From NCBI GenBank assembly GCA_009841335.1, contig VXLY01000004.1, positions 28,837 through 92,836 on the forward strand: 64,000 nucleotides of DNA. The letters are read 5' to 3'. The translations under genes and the position numbers were made by a program. The stretch's first letter is position 1. The number at the start of each line of letters is the position of its first letter. Under the pieces are notes generated by a model. The model had not been told where the DNA came from and did not search any database. It was given only the letters and a program-made list of their open reading frames with translations. The stretch is from Rhodothermaceae bacterium (GTDB taxonomy: Bacteria; Bacteroidota; Rhodothermia; Rhodothermales; Bin80). Of the stretch, positions 48,887-58,822 are shown in pieces.

Positions 48887-49783
48887 TCAGTCTTTTGCCA
48901 CCAAGTGTTCTCTGAAGAATGCAATGGTTCGTTCCCAGGCTAGCTTGGCCCCCTCTGGATCGAACCGGGGTGTGGTGTCGTTGTGGAAGCCGTGCTGAAG
49001 ACCCTCGTACATGTAGGCGGTATATTCTTTTTCATGGGCCTGCAAAGCGGCCTCGTAGGCAGGCCATCCAGCGTTAACTCGTGCATCCTGTTCAGCAAAA
49101 TGGAGCAGGATGGGGGCTTGGATCTGGGGGACGAGCTCCGCATCCGGCTGCCCACCATAGAACGGCACTGATGCCCCGAGCTCTGGCAGGCGCGTAGCCA
49201 TCATGTTCGAAATCCAGCCACCAAAACAGAACCCTACGACTCCAACATTGCCAGTACAACTATCGTGTGTACGCAGGTACTCATAGCCCGCGATGAAGTC
49301 TTCCAGCATCTCGTTACGGTCACGCTGACGCTGTAGTTCGCGTCCCTCGTCATCAGTGCCGGGATAGCCGCCAAGTGGAGTCAGTGCATCTGGCGCAAGC
49401 CCAACGAATCCAGCGAGCGCTACGCGTCGGCATACATCTTCGATGTGTGGATTGAGTCCGCGGTTTTCGTGAACGACAACTACACCAGGCAATGGTTCAG
49501 AAGCACCTTCTGGGATGCACAGTAACCCACGCATAGTCCCAGCTCCGTTAGGGCTGTCGTAGGTCACATACTCTTCGGTCAGCCGTGGATCTCCGCGACG
49601 AACCTGTTGTGCCGAAGTATATTTCGGCGACAGAAAATCGAGCATCACAGCAGCTGTCATAGAACCAACTGCATACTTCGAGGCTCTGTCCAGAAACTGC
49701 CGTCGGGAAATCAGACTGTGGACATAGCGGTCAAACAGATCAAAAACTTCGCGCGGAAGATCTTCTTTGGAGATACGCTTCAT
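48887..49783 (-). CDS. Dienelactone hydrolase family protein with a Tat-type signal
   Basis: It has an SRRQFLDRA twin-arginine motif, VVVHENRGLNPHIEDV and a GFCFGG nucleophile elbow. Confidence 0.85.
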   Translation of the reverse strand: MKRISKEDLPREVFDLFDRYVHSLISRRQFLDRASKYAVGSMTAAVMLDFLSPKYTSAQQVRRGDPRLTEEYVTYDSPNGAGTMRGLLCIPEGASEPLPGVVVVHENRGLNPHIEDVCRRVALAGFVGLAPDALTPLGGYPGTDDEGRELQRQRDRNEMLEDFIAGYEYLRTHDSCTGNVGVVGFCFGGWISNMMATRLPELGASVPFYGGQPDAELVPQIQAPILLHFAEQDARVNAGWPAYEAALQAHEKEYTAYMYEGLQHGFHNDTTPRFDPEGAKLAWERTIAFFREHLVAKD

Positions 49784-49864
49784 GGTAGGCTCGCATTATT
49801 CCCATGAGGCAACCTTTGATGCCACGAATCGTTCCCTGCTAATCTGAACTGTTCAGTATTCTGC

Positions 49865-50767
49865 ATGCGGTGGGCTCTACTCCTAATAAGTGTGTTGTTT
49901 GTTTTTCCTGTGGTAGCTCAGGAGTTGAACAAGGAGCAAATACTGGCTAACCTTAGATTCCGTGTACCCAATCTGGAGAATGCCGAAGTTGTATTGGGAG
50001 ACATAGAAGACAGCCCGTACGCTGACCTGAAACAGGGATCGTTCACTATAAATGGTCAACAAACTTTCCAGTTTTTGCTCTCAGAAGATCCGCCGCATCT
50101 AATCCTTCTTGCTACCGATCCTATTGATGTAAGCCTGTCAGAAGCAGAAATCGCGGACCTGCTCGCTGAACAGGAAAGGCGGGAGCAGCAGGTTGCTGCC
50201 GAGTTGCACGATGCGTTGAATCGGTTCTCGGAAGGCAAGCCGAGCAGGGGACCCGCAGATGCTCCGATCACCGTACATGAATTCAGTGATTTTCAGTGTC
50301 CCTATTGTGCGCGGACAAGTGTCGTTGTTGAAGAGCTACTCGATAAATATCCCGACGAGATTCGGTTTGTTTACTTGCATTTTCCGCTGGCTATACATGA
50401 CTGGGCGAAACCGGCGGCGGTGGCGGCGGAGTGTGCTGCCAGACAGAGTGAATCTGCTTTCTGGCTTTTGCATGATAATTTTTTCGAGTTCCAGGGGAGT
50501 ATTTCGATGGCATCTATGCTTGAAGATGTTCGTTCCTGGCTTCAGGATTCGGACATTGATCTTGATGCCTGGGAGGTTTGTGCTACGGATGAATCGTCCG
50601 CGGCTAACCAGGGAGCAACCCTTCAGGTAGATATCGCCAGTTCAACGGCCGAACGATTTGGCCTCACGGGGACACCGGGCTTTTTTGTTAATGGTCATCT
50701 TCTGAGCGGATCACAGCCGCTGGAGGTATTTGAAGATTTGATTGCCTCAATCAAGTCTGAAATGTAG
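49865..50767 (+). CDS. Secreted DsbA-family thiol:disulfide oxidoreductase
   Basis: It has a signal peptide and a thioredoxin-fold segment with the CPYC active site (HEFSDFQCPYCAR). Confidence 0.8.
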   Translation: MRWALLLISVLFVFPVVAQELNKEQILANLRFRVPNLENAEVVLGDIEDSPYADLKQGSFTINGQQTFQFLLSEDPPHLILLATDPIDVSLSEAEIADLLAEQERREQQVAAELHDALNRFSEGKPSRGPADAPITVHEFSDFQCPYCARTSVVVEELLDKYPDEIRFVYLHFPLAIHDWAKPAAVAAECAARQSESAFWLLHDNFFEFQGSISMASMLEDVRSWLQDSDIDLDAWEVCATDESSAANQGATLQVDIASSTAERFGLTGTPGFFVNGHLLSGSQPLEVFEDLIASIKSEM

Positions 50768-50886
50768 GCGAACATCTGTGAGGACGCCAGCAATCTCCAG
50801 ACAAGTTACTCCGGGGACTAACGGCTAGCAATCTCGAATCTCACTGCGCCTTTGCCGGAGAAGCTGTAGGGCGCAATAAGAATAAA

Positions 50887-51708
50887 TCAAATTCCAAGCC
50901 CTCCGGTAACCTCCAAGGTATGCCCGGTGATATAGCCCGCAAGAGGGGAAGCCATAAGGATTATACCATTGGCGGCTTCTTCCGGTGTACCCGGTCGCCC
51001 CATAGGGATGGTTGAGAAGGCGGCTTTTCTCACATTCTCTGGGATCCCCAGCGATACCTGTTCTCCGTCAACTGTAAGTGTGTGTCCTTCATCCGCTGGG
51101 CGTGTCAGACGCGTATCAATAAACCCGAATGCGACGGCATTGCATCGAATACCGAAGGCACCCCATTCTCGAGCAATTGTTTTGGTCATCCCAATGACAC
51201 CCATTTTTGCTGTGGCATAATTGATCTGCCCGATGTTTCCGTGAAGACCGGATGTCGAAGACACGTTAACAATACATCGGTGGGGATGGGGTTGACCGGC
51301 GGCAATTTCAGCCTTTGCAAGCGGACGCCATACTCTGGCAAGTGCACGAACTAGGCGAAAGGGTGCCAGGGTATGCACATCCTGAATACGGCGCCATTGT
51401 TTGTCAGTCATCTTATGTAGCATGCCGTCCCACGTAAACCCGGCGTTGTTCACCAGCACATTAAGTTGACCGCATTGGTCCATAACCTCTCTGATTAGCA
51501 GCTCAGGCAAAGCGGGATCAGTCACATCGCCCGGCATGCTCCACGCGATATTCCCGGCGTCCTGAATTGAACGAACAGCCGCTGCACATGCATCTGCATC
51601 CAGGTCATTTATAACGACCTGAGCACCCATATCTGCAAACTGCTGCGCCGCAGCATATCCAATCCCCTTTGCAGCTCCTGTAATCAATACGATCTGATCC
51701 TTAAACAT
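50887..51708 (-). CDS. Short-chain dehydrogenase/reductase (SDR) family oxidoreductase
   Basis: Motifs are LITGAAKGIGYA (TGxxxGIG), NNAG and YATAK (YxxxK). Confidence 0.88.
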   Translation of the reverse strand: MFKDQIVLITGAAKGIGYAAAQQFADMGAQVVINDLDADACAAAVRSIQDAGNIAWSMPGDVTDPALPELLIREVMDQCGQLNVLVNNAGFTWDGMLHKMTDKQWRRIQDVHTLAPFRLVRALARVWRPLAKAEIAAGQPHPHRCIVNVSSTSGLHGNIGQINYATAKMGVIGMTKTIAREWGAFGIRCNAVAFGFIDTRLTRPADEGHTLTVDGEQVSLGIPENVRKAAFSTIPMGRPGTPEEAANGIILMASPLAGYITGHTLEVTGGLGI

Positions 51709-51854
51709 GAAACTCTGTTTTTTCGTCCGTCAGAATAACAGCGTGTGAAAATTTTGTAACAATCAAGTCCAAGCTCTCGTAAGGGCAATCAGTACTTTGC
51801 ACGGCCTGGAGGTGCAGTATGCTGGTTAGCCATTCACACAACCAATTGTAGCCC

Positions 51855-54161
51855 ATGAAAAGATACTTTTCTGTTGCCCTCCTAAGTACTGTGTTATACT
51901 TCGTGTCTGTTACCCAGGCCCAGACGCTGGATAATAACCCCGTCTCTCAACAAACGGTTGCCTCCGATAAATTTAATCCCAATATAAAACCCTCTTTGGT
52001 GCTCACAAAGGCATCCGGGAGCATTGAGGTTGATGGAAATTTGGACGATGATGCTTGGAGGCACGCCGCACTCGCGCGGAATTTTTCCGAGGTTTTTCCA
52101 GGGGACCAAACTCGCCCACCTGTAGAGGTAAGTGGAATGATGACCTACGACGATGATAACCTCTATGTAGGCATCATTGTTAAAGATGATCCGAACCTGA
52201 TTCGGGCTAATCTCAGCGATCGTGACGAGATATGGCAGGACGATTACGCCGGGATTGTGCTTGATCCCAATCGCGATGGTCAAGGCGTGTACTTTATAGC
52301 ATCGAATCCCTTGGGCATACAAGCCGATACCTACATTACGCCGAACAATGAAGATGATGGGTTTAGCCTGCTTTTTCGCTCGGATGCGCAGATCACGGAA
52401 GATGGCTATCAGGTAGAGTTAGCCATTCCGTTTAAAAGCCTACGTTTCCCTAATGTGGATGTCCAGTCTTGGGGAGCAACATTTTGGGTTACACACCCCA
52501 GAGAAAGCAGAAGCCAGTATTCCTGGGCGGGGATTAATAGGGATGATCCATGTATGAGTTGCCAACTGGGGGAGATCAATGGCATCCGTGGAGTAACATC
52601 CGGCCGTAACCTGGAGGTCCTGCCATCATTGACCGGCGGAGGCGCAGGGGCCCTCCGTGATGCCGCTGCACCTGCTTCGGGATTCAAGAATGAACGCGTG
52701 ACACTTGAGCCGTCGCTGAACGTCAAGTACGGTATAACTTCCGAGTTAACTGCAGATGTAGCGGTGAACCCTGACTTCAGCCAAATCGAGTCTGATCAGG
52801 CGCAGATTGATGTGAATTCAACCTTTGCGCTTTTTTTTGACGAACGTCGCCCATTCTTTCAGGAAGGGTCAGGTCTCTTCAATACTGAGATTCAAACCGT
52901 CTACACCCGCTCCATCAATGATCCGATTGGTGCGGCAAAAATGACGGGGCGTTTTGGAACGGTTGACGTGGCCTACATTGGTGCACGGGACAATAATTCT
53001 CCTCTATTGCTTCCCTTTGAGGAAGAAAGCAGACTGCTTGAAGGCGGACGAAGCGTGTCCAATATTCTGCGGGTAAAGAAGAACTATGGGAACGATTCGT
53101 TTATTGGTGCAATTTTGACTGATCGAAGATTAGATGAAGGTGGATCTGGATCAACCGTCAGTATTGACGGGTCTGCAAGATTTCTGCAGAAGTATATGTT
53201 TGGTGCCCAATTAGTGTACAGCAACAATTCTGAACCTACGAATGAAGAATTGAACGAGGGTTTGGAGGACATCACGTTTGGTTCCAAGGGATACACCGCG
53301 GCCTTGGATGGCGAAACCTTTAGCGGGTATGCTGCAAAACTTGAACTTGATAGACAAGCACGTTACTGGATGTTTGAAGTAGGGTATGAAGCCGTAAGCC
53401 CAACGTTTCGTGCAGACAATGGCTTCGTGCGCCAGAACAATGATCAGACAGCTTATATGTGGCAGGGGGTCACGATTTATCCTGAAAAAGTGATCCCTTT
53501 CATAGACCGAATTCGGCCGAACCTGGTGATGGGGAGCAGATGGAATTTCGATGGCCTTCAAAAGAGTTTCTTCTTCCGTCCGGCGGTGTATTTCCAGCTT
53601 AAGCGACAGACCAATGTTCAGCTTAACTGGTGGTTCAGGCAGGAGCATTTTGCAGGACAGCAGTTCGACGGGATCACAGCGGTCAATCTCGAAGTCAGCA
53701 GCAATTTCAGCAAGCGTGTAAACCTGGGAGTAGAAGCTCGCATAGGCGAGTCAATTGCCCGATTCCTCAGTGATCCAGAGGTCGGCAACAGCCTTGATGT
53801 CAGTGCATGGGGGGTATTTCGTCCGACGCAACGGATGTCTCTTCAGCCGCAGTTTTCATATTCACGGCTTTCTGAAAAAGGGACGGGGGAGGAGTATTTC
53901 AGCGGATACATTGCCCGCATGCGCTTGAAGTATCAGTTTAGCCGTTACTTCTTCCTGCGTACGATTGTACAGTACAATGATTTCTCCAAATCTTTGGAGG
54001 TTGATCCACTACTCACATACAAGATCAATGCATTTACCGCTCTACACGTAGGCTCGACCCATGATCTTGACCAGTTCACGCGTACGGAGGGGGCGGCAAA
54101 GTACTTCCGCCAGAGTAATCGACAGGTGTTTTTCAAGGTCCAGTACCTCTTCAGGAAATAG
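51855..54161 (+). CDS. DUF5916 / CBM9-like domain outer-membrane-associated protein
   Basis: A 768-aa ORF with a signal peptide. The N-terminal segment is CBM9-like (GSIEVDGNLDDDAWRHAA...DDDNLYVG). The C-terminal region is long and beta-rich and ends FFKVQYLFRK. Confidence 0.7.
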   Translation: MKRYFSVALLSTVLYFVSVTQAQTLDNNPVSQQTVASDKFNPNIKPSLVLTKASGSIEVDGNLDDDAWRHAALARNFSEVFPGDQTRPPVEVSGMMTYDDDNLYVGIIVKDDPNLIRANLSDRDEIWQDDYAGIVLDPNRDGQGVYFIASNPLGIQADTYITPNNEDDGFSLLFRSDAQITEDGYQVELAIPFKSLRFPNVDVQSWGATFWVTHPRESRSQYSWAGINRDDPCMSCQLGEINGIRGVTSGRNLEVLPSLTGGGAGALRDAAAPASGFKNERVTLEPSLNVKYGITSELTADVAVNPDFSQIESDQAQIDVNSTFALFFDERRPFFQEGSGLFNTEIQTVYTRSINDPIGAAKMTGRFGTVDVAYIGARDNNSPLLLPFEEESRLLEGGRSVSNILRVKKNYGNDSFIGAILTDRRLDEGGSGSTVSIDGSARFLQKYMFGAQLVYSNNSEPTNEELNEGLEDITFGSKGYTAALDGETFSGYAAKLELDRQARYWMFEVGYEAVSPTFRADNGFVRQNNDQTAYMWQGVTIYPEKVIPFIDRIRPNLVMGSRWNFDGLQKSFFFRPAVYFQLKRQTNVQLNWWFRQEHFAGQQFDGITAVNLEVSSNFSKRVNLGVEARIGESIARFLSDPEVGNSLDVSAWGVFRPTQRMSLQPQFSYSRLSEKGTGEEYFSGYIARMRLKYQFSRYFFLRTIVQYNDFSKSLEVDPLLTYKINAFTALHVGSTHDLDQFTRTEGAAKYFRQSNRQVFFKVQYLFRK

Positions 54162-54223
54162 CTTCCCATCGTTAATTAGCTTGCTTCGTCGTAACTTGTG
54201 TGTCACACTAGTAATTATGACAC

Positions 54224-55546
54224 ATGAAGCGACTTACCGATCGTAGAACATTCATCAAAACGGCTTCGGCCGGTGTAGCCGGGGCCACTCTTTTGGGAGC
54301 TGCCCGTGGAGTGGCCGCGCCGTCGAACCGCCTGGTTGCTGCCGTTATGGGAGTTAACAGCCGGGGTGGGGTACTTGCTACCTCGTTCGCGCGTGCGGAA
54401 GGCTGCGAAGTTGGGGTTATCTGTGACGTGGATGAGCGTGCCATCTCCCGGTCAATCAAAGAAGTTTCAGAGGTTGGAACCGGCAGGGTACCAACAGGGG
54501 TTGTGGATGTCCGCGAGGCACTGGATAACCCAGACATAGATATTCTTGTGATCGCAGCCCCCGATCATTGGCATGCCCCTGCTGCAATCATGGCCCTGCA
54601 GGCCGGTAAACACGTTTATGTGGAAAAGCCGTGTAGCTATAACCCACAGGAAGGAGAGTTGCTGGTCCAGGCACAAGCCTATTACAATCGCGTGGTACAG
54701 ATGGGCAATCAACAGCGTGCTTCTATGGAGTCCGCACAAGTAATTGATGCCATAAATGAGGGTATAATTGGGCGCCCGTATTACGGACGGGCTTGGTATG
54801 CTAATACCCGGGGTTCCATAGGTCGAGGCAAACCGGCGCCCGCACCTGATTGGTTGAATTACGATTTGTGGCAGGGGCCGGCTCCTCGCATGCCGTACAT
54901 GGATAATCTAATTCATTACAACTGGCACTGGTTCTGGCATTGGGGGACAGGTGAGATTTGTAACAACGGAACCCACGAAATTGATATGTGCCGTTGGGCG
55001 CTTGGCGTTGATTATCCTACCAAGGTAACATCGGCCGGTGGCAGGTACCGTTACGACGATGACTGGGAGTTCTATGACACGCAGATTGCCTCCTTTGAGT
55101 TTGAAGATAACAAGACCATCACCTGGGACGGTCGCAGTTGCAATGGCCGGGTTGTTGAGGGGCGAGGACGCGGTGCGTCAATTCACGGTGATCACGGAAC
55201 CGTTGTTATCGATCGGGATGGCTACGTAGTTTATGACCAGGATAATCGAGAGATATGGAGACGTTCAAGGGCTACCGGAGAAGCAACCTTGGATATTCGA
55301 GGCGGGGGAGGTCTAACAGATCGGCATATTGCAAATATGCTGCGGGTGATCAGGGACGGCGTTCCACAGAACTCGCCCATTGACGAGGGGCATAAGAGTA
55401 CACTACTTTGTCATCTTGGTAACATTGCCCAAGAAACTGGACGGACACTGAACTGTGATCCAAGCAATGGACATATACTGGGGGACGATGACGCGATGAA
55501 AATGTGGGGGCGTGATTATGAGCCGGGCTGGGAAGTCAAGGTATAA
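54224..55546 (+). CDS. Gfo/Idh/MocA-family oxidoreductase with a Tat signal
   Basis: It has RRTFIKTASAGVAGATLLGAA (twin-arginine), a Rossmann segment and an EKP motif (HVYVEKP). Confidence 0.85.
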   Translation: MKRLTDRRTFIKTASAGVAGATLLGAARGVAAPSNRLVAAVMGVNSRGGVLATSFARAEGCEVGVICDVDERAISRSIKEVSEVGTGRVPTGVVDVREALDNPDIDILVIAAPDHWHAPAAIMALQAGKHVYVEKPCSYNPQEGELLVQAQAYYNRVVQMGNQQRASMESAQVIDAINEGIIGRPYYGRAWYANTRGSIGRGKPAPAPDWLNYDLWQGPAPRMPYMDNLIHYNWHWFWHWGTGEICNNGTHEIDMCRWALGVDYPTKVTSAGGRYRYDDDWEFYDTQIASFEFEDNKTITWDGRSCNGRVVEGRGRGASIHGDHGTVVIDRDGYVVYDQDNREIWRRSRATGEATLDIRGGGGLTDRHIANMLRVIRDGVPQNSPIDEGHKSTLLCHLGNIAQETGRTLNCDPSNGHILGDDDAMKMWGRDYEPGWEVKV

Positions 55547-55555
55547 TCAATACAT

Positions 55556-56896
55556 ATGAACCGGCGTGATTTTATTCGAACCGGAAGTACTGCTGCCGCC
55601 GGGGGGCTGCTTGTGCGTCCCGGAGAACGAGAGCACCAGCGCATGAAGGTTGCGCTTGTAGGGACAGGTATACGTGGTAGCACTATGTGGGGACGCTCTC
55701 TGGTTCGCGATTATGTGAATGAGGTCGAGTTTATAGGTCTGTGCGATATTAATCCCGGACGTTTGGAGTATGTCAAGGAGTATATGAGGGTTGACTGCCC
55801 AACCTTTACGGACTTTGACGAGATGATGCGAGCTGCCATGATGCGGGGTGACAAGCCCGATACCGTGATCGTGACAACGGTTGACTCCACGCACCACGAG
55901 TACATCATTCGTGCTCTGGAATACGGTTGTAATGTGGTTACAGAAAAACCGATGACCACGGATGCAGAAAAATGTCAGGCTATACTGGATGCGCAGGCCC
56001 GCACTCGCAAGGCAGTAACTGTCACATTCAACTACAGATACTCGCCACACCGACAGCGTATGAAGGAGCTACTCATGGCGGGTCGTATCGGAACAGTTAG
56101 ATCGGTTGATTTTCACTGGTACCTGGATGTGTATCACGGTGCGAGTTATTTTCGCCGCTGGCACGGCAAGGAGCGCTACGGAGGGACGCTCTTCGTTCAC
56201 AAGGCAACCCATCATTTCGATCTCTTGAATTGGTGGCTCGAATCTGAACCTGAAGAAGTGTTTGCCTATGGGGAGCTGGAGTATTATGGGCATAACAACC
56301 CATTCCGACACACGAATTGTCGCGGATGCCCACATGCCGAGCAATGCAATCACTATTGGGACATTACAACGGACTCACGTTCTATGGATCTCTACGTTGC
56401 GCACGAGCATCACGATGGCTACCTTCGAGATGGATGTGTATGGAGTGAGGAGATAGACATCTATGACAAAATGTCCGCACAAATTCAGTACGCCAACGGT
56501 GTTCATGTGAGCTATTCATGCACGACCTATTCGCCGTATGAGGGCTATCGGATCGCCTTTAATGGAACTCGCGGCAGGATGGAAGCCTGGGTAAAGGAAC
56601 GTCAGCCCTGGCGGAGGGAGCCATATGACGAGATCCGTGTAACGGACAATTTTGGGGAGACCGAACTGATCCAGGTTCCTCACGGTGGTGGCGGACATGG
56701 AGGAGGAGATCGAAGGTTGAAAGATCGAATCTTCAAGGATCCCACCATGCCTGATCCGTATCGTCAGGCGGCCGGGGCCCGGGATGGCGCCATGTCAATC
56801 TTGGTCGGCATTGCAGCACGAGAAAGCGTCAAAACAGGTGAGCCTATCAGGGTCGCGTCGCTCACCTCCCTCAAACCAAGGGCGATACGCCCTTGA
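55556..56896 (+). CDS. Gfo/Idh/MocA-family oxidoreductase with a Tat signal
   Basis: It has MNRRDFIRTGSTAAAGG (twin-arginine), VALVGTGIRG (Rossmann) and VVTEKP. It starts 9 nt after the previous gene ends. Confidence 0.85.
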   Translation: MNRRDFIRTGSTAAAGGLLVRPGEREHQRMKVALVGTGIRGSTMWGRSLVRDYVNEVEFIGLCDINPGRLEYVKEYMRVDCPTFTDFDEMMRAAMMRGDKPDTVIVTTVDSTHHEYIIRALEYGCNVVTEKPMTTDAEKCQAILDAQARTRKAVTVTFNYRYSPHRQRMKELLMAGRIGTVRSVDFHWYLDVYHGASYFRRWHGKERYGGTLFVHKATHHFDLLNWWLESEPEEVFAYGELEYYGHNNPFRHTNCRGCPHAEQCNHYWDITTDSRSMDLYVAHEHHDGYLRDGCVWSEEIDIYDKMSAQIQYANGVHVSYSCTTYSPYEGYRIAFNGTRGRMEAWVKERQPWRREPYDEIRVTDNFGETELIQVPHGGGGHGGGDRRLKDRIFKDPTMPDPYRQAAGARDGAMSILVGIAARESVKTGEPIRVASLTSLKPRAIRP

Positions 56897-56914
56897 TCTT
56901 AATCACTGCCTATT

Positions 56915-57328
56915 ATGCGTTTTATTCAAATCAAAATAGTCCTGCTCGTAATTCTTTTTGCCAGCTCATGTGCTTCCTCTGGCGAATTGGCTTCGACTGA
57001 ACCCGCGAACCCTCTTCTTGGGAACTGGGCGTACGCCATTGATACCCCGGATGGAATCTTTACGGGTGGACTGCACATAAATGAGGGGGAGTCGGGCCTG
57101 AGCATTGGCCTGACAGAGGAAGGTCAGCCGGAAGGAAGCGGGCAGCTGATGGCTGACGAAATCACGTTCGATGAGGAAGCACAGACACTTTCTTTTTCCT
57201 TTATTCATGATGATTATGGAAAAATGGTAGTCAATATGGTACTCGGTGAGGAAGGAATGGCTGGCACCTTGAGAGTAACTCAATTTGGTGTAGATGTGCC
57301 GATTACCGCAATGCGCGCAGAGGAGTAG
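56915..57328 (+). CDS. Hypothetical lipoprotein
   Basis: A 137-aa ORF with a signal and lipobox (LLVILFASSC). It is tightly spaced within the same-strand cluster. Confidence 0.6.
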   Translation: MRFIQIKIVLLVILFASSCASSGELASTEPANPLLGNWAYAIDTPDGIFTGGLHINEGESGLSIGLTEEGQPEGSGQLMADEITFDEEAQTLSFSFIHDDYGKMVVNMVLGEEGMAGTLRVTQFGVDVPITAMRAEE

Positions 57329-57337
57329 CTCTCAGAC

Positions 57338-57616
57338 ATGTATAGCTATATAGGTAAGCAGGTTCGTGTCTATCTCTACACACGCGGAGGGGAAATGATG
57401 GGACCGATTTCCGGTCGAGTGGCAGATGTGGCTGCTGATGTTGAAGTTCGTCCTGGTATGAAAAAGGATTTAGCATTCGTTATAGACATCAAAGTGCCAG
57501 AGGGAGAGGTCCCCTACAGGCATGTCTACGAGGAAAGAGATGAAGGATGGTTTGCCATTCAGGATATGGAGATCATGGAAGAAGAGGAGGTTGTACCGGG
57601 TTGGTTTAAGAACTGA
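57338..57616 (+). CDS. Hypothetical small protein
   Basis: A 92-aa ORF. It starts 9 nt after the upstream stop and ends 6 nt before galM. I recognised no family. Confidence 0.5.
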   Translation: MYSYIGKQVRVYLYTRGGEMMGPISGRVADVAADVEVRPGMKKDLAFVIDIKVPEGEVPYRHVYEERDEGWFAIQDMEIMEEEEVVPGWFKN

Positions 57617-57622
57617 TTACAC

Positions 57623-58750
57623 ATGCGTTTCTATCTCGTCGTCATTACTTGGGCAGTAATAGTTTCCTGTCAAGTTCCTGAACAGCCGAGGCAAATGATA
57701 GAACGCACGTCCTTTGGCATGCTACCGGAGGGAGAAGAAGTCGAACGTTTCCAATTACGAAATACTGCGGGAGTTGAAGCTTCAATCATTACATATGGGG
57801 CCACATTGACCGCTCTGAGCGTGCCTGATCGTGATGGAATTATGGAAGATGTCGTATTGGGACACGAAACGCTGACTGGTTACCTTGAAGACAATCCGTA
57901 TTTCGGTTCGATTGTAGGCCGATACGCCAATCGTATTGCCGAAGGGGCCTTTACTCTTGACGGGGAAATCTATACTTTGGCTCGCAACAACGGTCCAAAC
58001 CATTTGCACGGGGGCGTCAAAGGGTTTGACAAGGTTAACTGGGAAGTGGCAGAGGTAATTGAAGACACCAATCAAGTGGGTTTATCCCTGAACTATGTCA
58101 GCGCTGATGGGGAGGAAGGATATCCGGGTATGCTCACCGTACGTGTGACTTATCTGCTGACGGAGGATAACCGGCTTATTGTTGACTATGAGGCAATAAC
58201 TGATAAAGCTACACCCGTCAACCTGACGCAGCATGCCTATTTTAATTTAGCGGGACAGGGTTCGATAGAGGGGCATCATCTGACGTTAGCCGCGAGTCAC
58301 TACACTCCGGTTGATTCAACACTCATTCCGACCGGCGAAATTTTTCCTGTGGAAGGAACAGCGTTTGATTTTCGATCGGGAAAAACGATTGGTGAGCATA
58401 TAGATCATGATGATCAACAGCTCATGTATGGAGGAGGATATGATCACAATTTTGTACTTGATCGTATGTCAGGTGACTTAATGCCGGCGGCGACCGTATT
58501 GGAACCGCAGAGCGGTCGAATCCTCGAGGTCCATACAACCAAGCCGGGGATTCAGTTTTATACCGGTAATTTCCTGGACGGGAGCATTACGGGTAAGGGC
58601 GGGGTACAGTACGGACGAAGATCAGGTTTTTGCCTGGAGACGCAGTACTACCCAGATTCACCGAATCAGCCGAACTTCCCGTCTACCATTCTGCGACCTG
58701 GGAAGGTATATCAAACACAGACGGTGTTCGTATTCCGAACAGAGGAATAG
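57623..58750 (+). CDS. galM: Aldose 1-epimerase (galactose mutarotase), secreted
   Basis: It has GRYANRIAEGAFTLDGEIYTLARNNGPNHLHGG, a HAYFNL motif and FCLETQ. Confidence 0.9.
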   Translation: MRFYLVVITWAVIVSCQVPEQPRQMIERTSFGMLPEGEEVERFQLRNTAGVEASIITYGATLTALSVPDRDGIMEDVVLGHETLTGYLEDNPYFGSIVGRYANRIAEGAFTLDGEIYTLARNNGPNHLHGGVKGFDKVNWEVAEVIEDTNQVGLSLNYVSADGEEGYPGMLTVRVTYLLTEDNRLIVDYEAITDKATPVNLTQHAYFNLAGQGSIEGHHLTLAASHYTPVDSTLIPTGEIFPVEGTAFDFRSGKTIGEHIDHDDQQLMYGGGYDHNFVLDRMSGDLMPAATVLEPQSGRILEVHTTKPGIQFYTGNFLDGSITGKGGVQYGRRSGFCLETQYYPDSPNQPNFPSTILRPGKVYQTQTVFVFRTEE

Positions 58751-58822
58751 TTGATTGGCGTCGCCTTTACCCCGAAGGCTTCTGGACATAAATGACCCAC
58801 TTCCGAAGGGGAAGTCCAAGCA

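Noticed and set aside
58799-58815. Hairpin (acttcc-gaagg-ggaagt) between the convergent galM and metC-like genes, as a possible bidirectional terminator.
   Set aside because: The stem is only 6 bp and neither strand has a flanking U-tract. That is too weak to call.
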